DNA of 64,000 nucleotides, taken from assembly GCA_040387655.1 (NCBI GenBank), contig JAZKDI010000003.1:177659-241658 (forward strand), given 5' to 3'. Shown piece by piece: positions 55,064-64,000 of the stretch. This DNA comes from Bacteroidota bacterium (GTDB taxonomy: Bacteria > Bacteroidota > Bacteroidia > Flavobacteriales > Flavobacteriaceae). Within the stretch, counting starts at the first letter, position 1, and the number at the start of each line of letters is the position of its first letter. A program made the position numbers and the translations under genes. Below the pieces are notes generated by a model, which made no database searches, was not told the origin of the DNA, and saw only the letters and a program-made list of their open reading frames with translations.

Positions 55064-56212
55064 TTATTTGACCTCTACTAACTTTTTATAAAAAGCCGCA
55101 CTTTGTTGAGCGACAATTTTAATGCTGAATTTCTCTTCTATTTTTTTTCTTGCACTTCCACCTATTTGAATTCTTAACTGTTCATCATTCAAAAGTTTCA
55201 AAACCTTAGTTGCAAATTCAAGATGTTTTTTTGGATTCACTAAAAAACCGTCTTTTCCATTTTCAATAATTTCATTTGCCCAACCAATATCAGATGCGAC
55301 AATCGCTTTTTGCATTGCCATTGCTTCAATCCAAGAAACGGGTAATGCCTCGGCAAAGGTAGGAAAAACACAAACAGTAGCTTGATTTATCAATTGTTTG
55401 ATATCGGAATAAGGCACACTTCCTAAATAATTTACATTCTGTAAAGCTTCAGTTGTAAACAAAACTTGCATCATTTGCCAAGTGGATTTATTTCCGGAAA
55501 CAATATCCGAAGCATCTTTTCCGACTAAAATAAGCTTTACATTTTTGTTTTGACTGAAAACTTCATTAAATATAAAGGGCAATTCCAGCAATCCTTTCTT
55601 TCGGATTAAAGTTCCGAAATATAATATAGTTTGAGAATCCTGTTCCATTTCAGAAGAATTAAAATTGGTCAGGTCAACTCCATTTGGAACAACTGTAAAA
55701 TCTTTATTTAATTCAAATAATTTATTGGTCAATTGACCTGTAAACTGACTGACTGATAAAATTCCGTCTGCCTGTTGCAAAGCTTTTTTTTCGTGAAAAT
55801 GATTACTCCATTTTACAGGACGATTATCCAAGTGGCAGAAATAGGTATCTGAACCGTGTAATCTAATTATTAATGGGCATTTTGGTTTGATAAACGAAGT
55901 AAAACCTATCCAGTCAGGAGCTTCAACAATATCGATTTCATTATTTGAAACCAATTCATTAATTAGTTTTTCTACTTTTTTTTGGGATAAATAACGCGAC
56001 AGGCCTTTAAGTTTTATATTTTTAATTTTATAAAAAATAATTCCGTTTTCAATAAATACTTCATCAGAATTCTGTCCATAAACCAAAACCAGAATCTGAT
56101 GTCCCTGCTGTATTAATCCTTCTGCCAAATTCATAATACTTGTACCAATTCCACCTGACGCAGTGATTTTTGGATTCGGGTATTCGGATGTGAGAAAGGC
56201 GATTTTTATCAT
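55064..56212 (-). CDS. Glycosyltransferase family 4
   Basis: GGIGT, PNGVD, EALPVSWIEAMA. Confidence 0.9.
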   Translation of the reverse strand: MIKIAFLTSEYPNPKITASGGIGTSIMNLAEGLIQQGHQILVLVYGQNSDEVFIENGIIFYKIKNIKLKGLSRYLSQKKVEKLINELVSNNEIDIVEAPDWIGFTSFIKPKCPLIIRLHGSDTYFCHLDNRPVKWSNHFHEKKALQQADGILSVSQFTGQLTNKLFELNKDFTVVPNGVDLTNFNSSEMEQDSQTILYFGTLIRKKGLLELPFIFNEVFSQNKNVKLILVGKDASDIVSGNKSTWQMMQVLFTTEALQNVNYLGSVPYSDIKQLINQATVCVFPTFAEALPVSWIEAMAMQKAIVASDIGWANEIIENGKDGFLVNPKKHLEFATKVLKLLNDEQLRIQIGGSARKKIEEKFSIKIVAQQSAAFYKKLVEVK

Positions 56213-57276
56213 ATTAACATTATATAATTTTCAACCATTTTCTCCAAAGAAAAGGATTCTTCAATTAACAGTCTTGTATTTAATATGATTTTTTGATTTC
56301 CTAAATATAAATTTTCAAGAAGCGTTTTTAATTCATTTTTATTTTTTGCTTCAAAAATATATCCGTTTTTATTATTGGTAATCGCTTCTTCATTCCCACC
56401 CACATTGGTAGTTACAACTGGTACATTTGCCGCTAAACTTTCCAAAATTGACAAACTGAAACATTCCATATGTGTAGGTTGCAACATATAATCATATAGA
56501 CAGAAAATCTCCTTCAGATTGGGTTTGCTTCCCATAAAATTAAAAACAGAATCCAACTGATACTGCTCTACTTTAGTCTTTAAAAAATTTTCATATAAAC
56601 CTTCACCATAAATATCAATTTTGATTTCATTTTTAATTTCATTTAGTAATAAATTTACTGCTTCAATTAAATCCTGAATTCCTTTTGATTCCCTTAAATG
56701 TGAAGCAACTAAAAAACTTGGTTTTTTATCATTTCTATAATTTCGGACTAAAATATCTTTTGTAACCACTCCATTATATATTGTGATGGTTTTGTTTTTC
56801 AAATGGCTTCCAAAATCAGCTAGAATTTCATTGACAGTATAATGAGAAACCCCTATAAATAAATCTATATGTTTAGAATACAGAATTCCTTTAATCCGCT
56901 TTGTAATTTTCTTTTTTAGCGGATATCCACTTAATGGTCTGGGATTGTGGTCAACGGCAATAATTTTTGGGTTATTTATTTTTTTTATTTTCAAAAAAAA
57001 AGAAGTGCATAATTCTACAAAATGAGTAAAGACTATGGTGAAACCTGGATTATTTTCTTTGCAGTAATTGAGAAAAACTCCAGTTAACAAACCTTCATTG
57101 TCCGAAACAATATTTAAATTCTGGTATCCTGAAAAATCTGCGTCATTAGGAAAAAACCAAATTACTTCATTCCCTTTTTTCTTACACTCTAAATCAAAAA
57201 GCCAAAAGAAATGGTCCATTCCGCCAATACGTTCAGGAAAAAGTTTATAATCACAAATTACTGCTATTTTTTTCAT
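56209..57276 (-). CDS. Glycosyltransferase family 4
   Basis: IYNGV, ECFSLSILESLA, TNVGG. Confidence 0.9.
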   Translation of the reverse strand: MKKIAVICDYKLFPERIGGMDHFFWLFDLECKKKGNEVIWFFPNDADFSGYQNLNIVSDNEGLLTGVFLNYCKENNPGFTIVFTHFVELCTSFFLKIKKINNPKIIAVDHNPRPLSGYPLKKKITKRIKGILYSKHIDLFIGVSHYTVNEILADFGSHLKNKTITIYNGVVTKDILVRNYRNDKKPSFLVASHLRESKGIQDLIEAVNLLLNEIKNEIKIDIYGEGLYENFLKTKVEQYQLDSVFNFMGSKPNLKEIFCLYDYMLQPTHMECFSLSILESLAANVPVVTTNVGGNEEAITNNKNGYIFEAKNKNELKTLLENLYLGNQKIILNTRLLIEESFSLEKMVENYIMLI

Positions 57277-58331
57277 CTTTTATTCTTAAATAAATAGTTA
57301 GTGAGCTGTTTCATCACTTTTGATTCTATTTTCCTTGTATAATAAATACTGAAAAGAATCATAAATATAGCAATTAATAGAGGTGTAATAAAACTATATT
57401 GAGTAAAAAAACCAACACTGTTTTTTATGAAAACAACGCCTACATATTCGTGAATTAAATATAAAAAATACGATGCTCCACCAATATTTATTAAGATTTT
57501 ATTTTCCAGAAATTTTAATAATTGTGGACGATAAATAAAACAAAAAAACAAGGAATACATTATTGAGATTGATATTAAATTAACTTTATCCAAAGTATAA
57601 TTTTGTAAAATAAAAACAATCCCTAAAATGATAAGATATCTTTTTGAGTCATTACTGTCCTTATAAATTAAATAAAACAATGAACCCGCCAAGAAGAAAG
57701 ATATATGCTCACATAGATTAAATAAATGGATAATTTTTTGGATTATCAAAACCTGATTTACATTAAAATGCAGAAGGGTTAAATATAAAAATATAACATT
57801 AAAAGAAGCTATGATAAAGTTTCTAATAAATTTTGTTCTATCAAAAAAATAAATAGAACTGGACAAAACATAAAACTGAATCTCAGGCCACAAACTCCAA
57901 TAAGAAAAATTTAAATAGGTATAATGACTTTTAGTTCCCATAATCCAATCGAATAAATTGGGTGGCAAAAACGTCAGGCTAACAATTAAATTCCTAATAT
58001 GATTACTGTCTTCAAACGTATTTCTAAAATCAAACAGATGTAAAAGCACAAACGTCAAAACTGAAGCAATTAACATTGAGGGAAACAGTCTTATAAATCT
58101 TTTTTTCCAGAAAGAAGTAAAATTTGGAGTTTTCTCTAAAGTATAACAAATCACAAAACCAGATATTATGAAGAAAAACGAAACCCCTTTAAAACCATAT
58201 TTAAAAAAATCGGCTCCATAAAACGGGTAATCCTCATTATTCCATCTATAAAAATAATGATATAAGAGCACGGCTATAATTGCGATTGCCCGAAAACTAT
58301 CAAGAACACCTATTCTATTGTTTTTTTGCAT
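57273..58331 (-). CDS. Acyltransferase family 3 (OafA-like)
   Basis: LDSFRAIA, VSFFFIISGF, KRFIRLFP, YWSLWPEIQFY, SYFLYLIH. Confidence 0.9.
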   Translation of the reverse strand: MQKNNRIGVLDSFRAIAIIAVLLYHYFYRWNNEDYPFYGADFFKYGFKGVSFFFIISGFVICYTLEKTPNFTSFWKKRFIRLFPSMLIASVLTFVLLHLFDFRNTFEDSNHIRNLIVSLTFLPPNLFDWIMGTKSHYTYLNFSYWSLWPEIQFYVLSSSIYFFDRTKFIRNFIIASFNVIFLYLTLLHFNVNQVLIIQKIIHLFNLCEHISFFLAGSLFYLIYKDSNDSKRYLIILGIVFILQNYTLDKVNLISISIMYSLFFCFIYRPQLLKFLENKILINIGGASYFLYLIHEYVGVVFIKNSVGFFTQYSFITPLLIAIFMILFSIYYTRKIESKVMKQLTNYLFKNKR

Positions 58332-59727
58332 TCTCCATAAAATTTAGCAATGCTTCTGTAATTCTTTTTCCCGTTCCCACAATTGGTTTGCTTATCTGAA
58401 TTTTCACCAATACTTCTTGCTGTACCAATTTGTCTTCTGGAAATTCGAGAGCAAAATTAATTTTATCAATCAAATCATTTTCTTCTTTGGCAATTACCAC
58501 TGCTCCACTATCAATAACTTTTTTATAGTGAGTGTAATTCAGGAATCGCTGATCATTGTACAAGCCATTACTTTCATTACCAAAAACGGTGTTTATGATA
58601 GGCTTCCCAAAAATCATAAAATCCAAACTCATAGTAGAACACATATTGACGTTTAAGTCCACATACTTTAAAATGGCCTTCAAATCGGTAAAATCTTCTG
58701 TTGTGGGTATGCGTTGTGACCAATTTTCTGAATGGTTTTCCCTAGTTAATTGCCATTTTGGTATGTTCCAAACAATTTCTGGAAATTCTGTTCTTACCGC
58801 TTCAAATCTTTTTCCATCTTCTGCTGGAGAAGTTCTAACCAATAATTGTGACGGGAAATTTATTCGGTTATCCCGAATGGCGTTGGCAATTGCCTTAATA
58901 ACAATGGCGTCATTTTGACCAATGGAACTATCGGCACAGCTAAAACAAATTATTTTTTTTAATGGGTCTAATTTAAATTTTTCTATAAATTTTATTTTAT
59001 CTGTAGAATATGCATCCATTGAATACGGTTCAAATTGCGGTGTACCCACTACTGCTATATTTTCGGATTTTGTAGAAGGATAAAAATGGAGCAGCTCTTT
59101 TTTCATCAGTTCACTCCATACTAAAAAATATTCAAATGTTCCCAGCATCCTTCCTTTTGAAGACAGATTATCCCAGCTGAAAATAAAACTGCTCACAGGG
59201 ATTTTGAGTTTTAAGACACTGTACAGGAATGGGGTTAAATATGCTGGTCGCTGATGGGTAAAAAAAATAAAATCGGGGTTGTCTTCATGAAGTAATTTTA
59301 TATAAGACTGAGTGGTTTTATGATTTGCAATAGTCCAAAATTGCATTTTTTCAATAAAAATAATAAATTGATGGGAATTAAAAAAACGGGTAATTAAATA
59401 AATAATTTTTGCGAGTATTGCTTTTGGTTTATTATTTTTTGGGTAACCCGATTTCAATAAATCCTTCATTCCAAAAAAAGACTTATACTGCTGAAGATGT
59501 GCAATTTCTTTGCTTTTTCTAAAAAACCACGTTTTATTATTTTCAGCAAAAACCGCTAACTCTTTTATTTCAATATTATCTTTATGCAACTCGTAAATTT
59601 CTTTTGGCAACCCGGAATAGATTATTATTTTCTGGAATTTTAGACTCGCCTCTTCCATAAAATTACTCATCACGTAATTTCTGTAACCTACTCCATCGGT
59701 AATTACTATCCCAAGTATTTTATGCAT
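58315..59727 (-). CDS. GT-B fold transferase (CDP-glycerol glycerophosphotransferase-like / unclassified glycosyltransferase)
   Basis: IFSWDNLSSKG, VGTPQF, RTSP, STMSLD..IFGKP. Confidence 0.6.
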   Translation of the reverse strand: MHKILGIVITDGVGYRNYVMSNFMEEASLKFQKIIIYSGLPKEIYELHKDNIEIKELAVFAENNKTWFFRKSKEIAHLQQYKSFFGMKDLLKSGYPKNNKPKAILAKIIYLITRFFNSHQFIIFIEKMQFWTIANHKTTQSYIKLLHEDNPDFIFFTHQRPAYLTPFLYSVLKLKIPVSSFIFSWDNLSSKGRMLGTFEYFLVWSELMKKELLHFYPSTKSENIAVVGTPQFEPYSMDAYSTDKIKFIEKFKLDPLKKIICFSCADSSIGQNDAIVIKAIANAIRDNRINFPSQLLVRTSPAEDGKRFEAVRTEFPEIVWNIPKWQLTRENHSENWSQRIPTTEDFTDLKAILKYVDLNVNMCSTMSLDFMIFGKPIINTVFGNESNGLYNDQRFLNYTHYKKVIDSGAVVIAKEENDLIDKINFALEFPEDKLVQQEVLVKIQISKPIVGTGKRITEALLNFMENAKKQ

Positions 59728-59739
59728 TTTACTATTTTC

Positions 59740-60552
59740 TTATTTTGGTTTGACAAGCAGCTGAATTTTCATTTTTATTCTTTTCTTTAGTTTCTTGAAT
59801 TTACTCTTAATTAGAAATGTTTTATCTTTGAAAATTATTGGTTTTACAATTATTTTATTTTCAAAATGCAATAAATCGAAAACTCTGTTTATTCTATTGG
59901 TATGCATTTCATTATTTCCATAACTTCTGGCATACCAAGTATGATAAAGTAGTTTATTATCTTCTGAATCAAATACTAATGTGGTTTTATTATCATCTGA
60001 AAATGGCATTTCTGCGACTAAAAACAAAATTTTTTTTCCTTTTCTTCTCAACCAGAAATAAAAACAGTAATAAGGCTCATAAACGCTTTTTACATCAAAA
60101 ATTTCTTTTAGTCCTGATAAGTTTTCCTCAAACTCCCCTTCATTTATATATTGATTTTTCCTAACTTCCCTTTCATTCCAAATAACTTCCAGTTCTTTAA
60201 AATTAATTATTGAGAAAAAAGTATTTATTAGATATGGGCTATAGGTTCGATTCGAAATAACTCCTCCATCCCTAACTCCAGAAACAAAATAATTTTCTTT
60301 TCTCATCTTATCAATAATGGAATAGATCCCATTAGGCTCAATAAACAAAACGTCTTCATCTGCCATTATAAGCCATTCTATTCCTTTCCCTTTTAACTTT
60401 TTCATCATATAGGAAATACTCTCAATTCCAAACATCCCATTTGTGCCATCGATCACATATATATCAATATCTAAAGGAAATAATTGAGAACTTTTACTAT
60501 AAAGTTCTTTATTTATTACCGTACTGATTAAGGCTATTTTAGATTTGTCCAT
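59740..60552 (-). CDS. Hypothetical protein with DxD-like motif
   Basis: WLIMADEDVLF; located inside the polysaccharide operon. Confidence 0.6.
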   Translation of the reverse strand: MDKSKIALISTVINKELYSKSSQLFPLDIDIYVIDGTNGMFGIESISYMMKKLKGKGIEWLIMADEDVLFIEPNGIYSIIDKMRKENYFVSGVRDGGVISNRTYSPYLINTFFSIINFKELEVIWNEREVRKNQYINEGEFEENLSGLKEIFDVKSVYEPYYCFYFWLRRKGKKILFLVAEMPFSDDNKTTLVFDSEDNKLLYHTWYARSYGNNEMHTNRINRVFDLLHFENKIIVKPIIFKDKTFLIKSKFKKLKKRIKMKIQLLVKPK

Positions 60553-60570
60553 TTATTTTATACGAATAGT

Positions 60571-61407
60571 TTAATGGGTGTTTGAACTGTACCAGTTTTT
60601 AGGCAAAACTATATGTTCTTTAGGTGTATTGTCAAAATCCAGTGAATGAGGGAACTTTGCCTCAGGTTTTTTTGTATTAATTCTATCGTTTCTAATAAAA
60701 GTAAATTCAGCCAATCTTGGTATTTCTATACCGTTCTGTATATCAATCCCACTGCAATTATTAGGGTGTATATGAATACATGTATGTGTCTGCAGTATTT
60801 TTTCGAAAACAGTTGATATTAATTTATAAAATTCATTGTTCCAAATTTTATGCAAACTATGAAATTCTATTACCACAACCCTGAATCGACTTAATAATTC
60901 ATTAGACATATTTAGCAGGACAAAATATTCATACCCTTCAATATCCATTTGCAGCAACAAATCAGAATTTTTATCTAAATTACTGTCATTTACCCATTTT
61001 TCCATTGTGATATAATCATCATTTATGGAACAGCCTATGTATTTTTTTATAAAATTAAATTCATTAATACCTAAACTCAAATTTGGTTCATCCACTGATT
61101 TATCTGCAAGGAAAAGTTTCATTCCCAGTCTGGAACAATCTTCTTCAAAACCGCTTATTTGGTCAACACCAGGCGAAAAACAAGCTGCTATATCTACTAA
61201 ATCATCAGGGACAAGATAGCCTCCATCACTATTTGGCCCTAATCGAATTAATTCTTTGTCTATTTTATAAGGATATAGTTTTTTTATAAAAGATTCAACC
61301 TCTTCTTTTGTTGTTTTATTTTCAACAACAAAGCCTTCTGAATTGGCTATAATATAACCTCTTTTAAGTATGTGTTTTTTTAAGAAATCTGAAACTATTT
61401 TTCGCAT
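60571..61407 (-). CDS. FkbM-like methyltransferase
   Basis: DGGY, FSPGV, LLLQMDIEGYE, VIEFH. Confidence 0.8.
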   Translation of the reverse strand: MRKIVSDFLKKHILKRGYIIANSEGFVVENKTTKEEVESFIKKLYPYKIDKELIRLGPNSDGGYLVPDDLVDIAACFSPGVDQISGFEEDCSRLGMKLFLADKSVDEPNLSLGINEFNFIKKYIGCSINDDYITMEKWVNDSNLDKNSDLLLQMDIEGYEYFVLLNMSNELLSRFRVVVIEFHSLHKIWNNEFYKLISTVFEKILQTHTCIHIHPNNCSGIDIQNGIEIPRLAEFTFIRNDRINTKKPEAKFPHSLDFDNTPKEHIVLPKNWYSSNTH

Positions 61408-61463
61408 TTGTACAAATTAGGTAAATTAATAAATACCTGATAATTTTCTGGTGTTCGATAAAG

Positions 61464-62258
61464 TTACTGGTCATTATTATCCAATTCCTTTTCGATTTTA
61501 TTGTTGACAAGGTAGTTTGATTTCTCATTATTTTCCCCCTTATAAATGAAAATTATATTATGGTAAAAGTGCATCGAAATTATATTTTTATCATAATATG
61601 TTTTTTCATAATTATCAATCATAAATTCCTCATTGTTTAAACAATCTATAAGTGATTTAAAATAATTATAAATTGTTCCTTTTAAATTCAGATTATTTGA
61701 ATCACCTCCGTATGATTTCCAATAAGAGGTTTGAGTATCTTCGATTACATAAATACCGTCTTTTTTGAGTTTTGGAAAAAGAATTTCGAATGTTTTAATG
61801 ACGTGTTCGTTTATATGACTTCCATCATCTATTATTAAATCAAATTCTCCTGCCTCATTACATATAGTTTCTAATAAACTTTTATCGACCTGACTTCCTT
61901 TAAATATCTTTATTCTATTTTCCTGTAAAAAAGATTTGTCATAAATATCCAGTGAAAATATTTTTGCAAATGGAAAATAACTTTTCCACATCCTTAAAGA
62001 ATTTCCTCCTGTATATGGGCAGTCATATCCGCCTACCCCAATTTCTAATAATTTGATTTTTTTTAATTTATAAGGACGAAAATTTTTTTGGTAATGTGGT
62101 GTATAAAAATGTTGTCCAAACTTATCAGTTCTGTGAATTAAAGCAAGTTTAGACAAATTAAAATGGAAGAATAGTGATTTCAAACTTCTAATTTTATAAA
62201 GAAATTTTAGCTTTTTTTCTTCTGATAAATTTCTTTTTATTTTTTCAATAAATCTCAT
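61464..62258 (-). CDS. Sugar O-methyltransferase-like protein (MycE/TylE type)
   Basis: LLEIGVGGY, SLRMWK, GSQVD, IIDDGSH, YVIEDTQTSYW. Confidence 0.8.
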   Translation of the reverse strand: MRFIEKIKRNLSEEKKLKFLYKIRSLKSLFFHFNLSKLALIHRTDKFGQHFYTPHYQKNFRPYKLKKIKLLEIGVGGYDCPYTGGNSLRMWKSYFPFAKIFSLDIYDKSFLQENRIKIFKGSQVDKSLLETICNEAGEFDLIIDDGSHINEHVIKTFEILFPKLKKDGIYVIEDTQTSYWKSYGGDSNNLNLKGTIYNYFKSLIDCLNNEEFMIDNYEKTYYDKNIISMHFYHNIIFIYKGENNEKSNYLVNNKIEKELDNNDQ

Positions 62259-62301
62259 TCTGACTTTTTATTTATGCTTAAATTCAAATATCTTAACAGA
62301 A

Positions 62302-63426
62302 TTACTTTATATCTCGAAATTGTTTCTGTCGGTTCAATTCCCAAATATCGTTTTTTTCTAAAGATTTTAAAAATAACTCAGCACTTTTTCCAGTTCCATA
62401 ATCTGACTGAATAGCTTTTGCGTTAGAGAATCTGATGCTTTTCAGAATAGTCATAATATTTTTTTTATCATAATCAACATTTATAATATCCATTTGTAGA
62501 CTTCTATTTTGTTGTCGGGTTCCAATATTAATAGTTGGAATTCCATAATAAGGTGCTTCACGAATTCCTGCACTACTATTACCTATAATAAATTCAGCGT
62601 TTTTCAGCAATGTCAGAAAATATTCAAACCGTAATGATGGAATAACCCGGAAACGGCTATTATTCCTTAATCCTTCATAAGCTGTTAAAATAGCTTCACT
62701 CCCTAAATCATTATTTGGATAAATTACAATGAAATTACTGGTGTCTTCCAATAAAGCAGAAACAAAGTCATTAGCATATTTTCGAATGTTTCCAATTTCT
62801 GTCGTTACAGGATGAAACATTACGACCGCATAGTTTTCAAAACCAATTTTATAATATTCTTTTACCGTGTTCAAATCTGGCAAATTATTGGAAAACATAA
62901 TATCTACATCTGGAGACCCTATTGTAAATATGGATTCTTCCAATTCTCCCATTTGCTGTAATCTTTTTGCTGCATTATAATTTGACACAAAATGGATATG
63001 GCTCATTTTGCTAGTAGCATGCCGAATTAATTCGTCGATAGTTCCAGACAGCTCTCCTCCTTCTATATGCGAAACCAGAATATTATTCAATGATCCAACA
63101 ATAGCTCCAGCAAGTGCCTCTACCCTGTCACCGTGTATGACTATCATATCCGGTTGGCATTCCTTAACATAAGCCGATAATCCTTCGATGGTTTTTGCCA
63201 ACGTCAAATCCATTGTGGTTTCGTGTGTATGGTTTTCAAACTTATGGATATTTGAAAAACCACATCTTTCGATTTCTAATACTGTGTAACCATATAACTC
63301 CTCTAGATGCATACCCGTTACAAAAACAAAAATTTCAAAATCCTGCCGGTCTTCCAGAATCGCAATCAATGACTTTATTTTACCAAAATCGGCACGCGTA
63401 CCGGTAAGGAATAGGATTTTTCTCAT
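62302..63426 (-). CDS. neuC: UDP-GlcNAc 2-epimerase (hydrolysing)
   Basis: TGTRADFGKIKSL, TGMHL, HGDRVE, HIEGGE, GNSSAGIREAP. Confidence 0.92.
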   Translation of the reverse strand: MRKILFLTGTRADFGKIKSLIAILEDRQDFEIFVFVTGMHLEELYGYTVLEIERCGFSNIHKFENHTHETTMDLTLAKTIEGLSAYVKECQPDMIVIHGDRVEALAGAIVGSLNNILVSHIEGGELSGTIDELIRHATSKMSHIHFVSNYNAAKRLQQMGELEESIFTIGSPDVDIMFSNNLPDLNTVKEYYKIGFENYAVVMFHPVTTEIGNIRKYANDFVSALLEDTSNFIVIYPNNDLGSEAILTAYEGLRNNSRFRVIPSLRFEYFLTLLKNAEFIIGNSSAGIREAPYYGIPTINIGTRQQNRSLQMDIINVDYDKKNIMTILKSIRFSNAKAIQSDYGTGKSAELFLKSLEKNDIWELNRQKQFRDIK

Positions 63427-64000
63427 TATGGTCTTTGTTGGTTCTTAATATAATTCTTAATTGCACTGACTCCTAAAATAACCAAAAAGAACTTAACAAA
63501 AATCTTTGGTGGCATTTTATTTTTAAGTGTTTTCCAATCACAATATTGAAACATCCTCCAAACTTTTAAATGTATTAAAAGTTTTATTGCTTTGTAGTAA
63601 TTGCTCTGCTCATAGCTACGATTTATTAGAGACTTATTATAATTACAAATGGAATATTTAAGTAATTTAGGATCTAGATTATGTCTTTCAACAAAAATTT
63701 TTCTACAATAAAAAGGCTCTTGTATAGCTCTTAAATACTTATCATATGTTTTAGGCCTACTGATACTTCCTTGACTAATTCTATATACTGTAGTCTCTTC
63801 AGGCATATAACCTATTCTTCCCCACTTTGCGGATTCAAGTACTAATGGAGTGTCGGTCAAGATCGTGTCTTTCGAAAATTGAGGAGCTAATATAGTCCAA
63901 ATATCTTTTAGCATTATAGTCCTAAATACTGTAGTAGCAAATTCAACAAAATTCGATTTTAATAGTTCTGGAATGACCTCTTTTTGAGCTGGAAAATTAC
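63426..64000 (-). CDS. Glycosyltransferase family 2, 3' part (5' end outside the window)
   Basis: The frame stays open to the edge (...NFVEFATTVFRTIM...); D-x-x-L-x-L and TVYRI motifs typical of GT2 C-halves; stop overlaps the neuC start (TAATG). Confidence 0.7.
   Translation of the reverse strand, partial: NFPAQKEVIPELLKSNFVEFATTVFRTIMLKDIWTILAPQFSKDTILTDTPLVLESAKWGRIGYMPEETTVYRISQGSISRPKTYDKYLRAIQEPFYCRKIFVERHNLDPKLLKYSICNYNKSLINRSYEQSNYYKAIKLLIHLKVWRMFQYCDWKTLKNKMPPKIFVKFFLVILGVSAIKNYIKNQQRP

Noticed and set aside
1-64000. tRNA, rRNA, IS, integrase, prophage or defence genes
   Set aside because: No recognisable sequence or protein motifs found by eye; a covariance or HMM search would be needed to exclude them fully.

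Overview
The window is AT-rich Bacteroidota DNA, very likely Flavobacterium. This rests on TAnnTTTG -7 promoter boxes, absence of Shine-Dalgarno motifs, many SPII lipoproteins and the recQ / kpsF-tatC-CMD-lptB synteny. From left to right: (1) the 5' part of a fused B12-dependent acyl-CoA mutase (IcmF-like) and two tandem DUF4197 genes; (2) a ~9 kb divergent iron-uptake-like locus (di-heme protein, two imelysins, DUF4856 lipoprotein, HTTM/vitamin K-dependent carboxylase homolog, TonB-dependent receptor) with two palindromic Fur-box-like sites in the shared promoter; (3) housekeeping genes (pyrF, prfA, pepD, ndh, ECF sigma/anti-sigma, pyc, recQ, tatC, lptB, pssA) interspersed with AT-rich accessory genes, REP-like palindromes, 7-bp arrays at gene ends and an 11 x 21-bp minisatellite in front of a DUF5661-like gene; (4) the distal ~20 kb of a minus-strand surface polysaccharide locus (neuC, three methyltransferases, acyltransferase, many glycosyltransferases, Wzy-like protein, priming transferase) that runs off the right edge. 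I saw no rRNA, tRNA, CRISPR array, transposase or integrase. The best candidate for an undescribed system is the iron locus, whose carboxylase homolog keeps the His and Lys that I recall are catalytic in GGCX. All family assignments come from motif recognition by eye; no database search was run.
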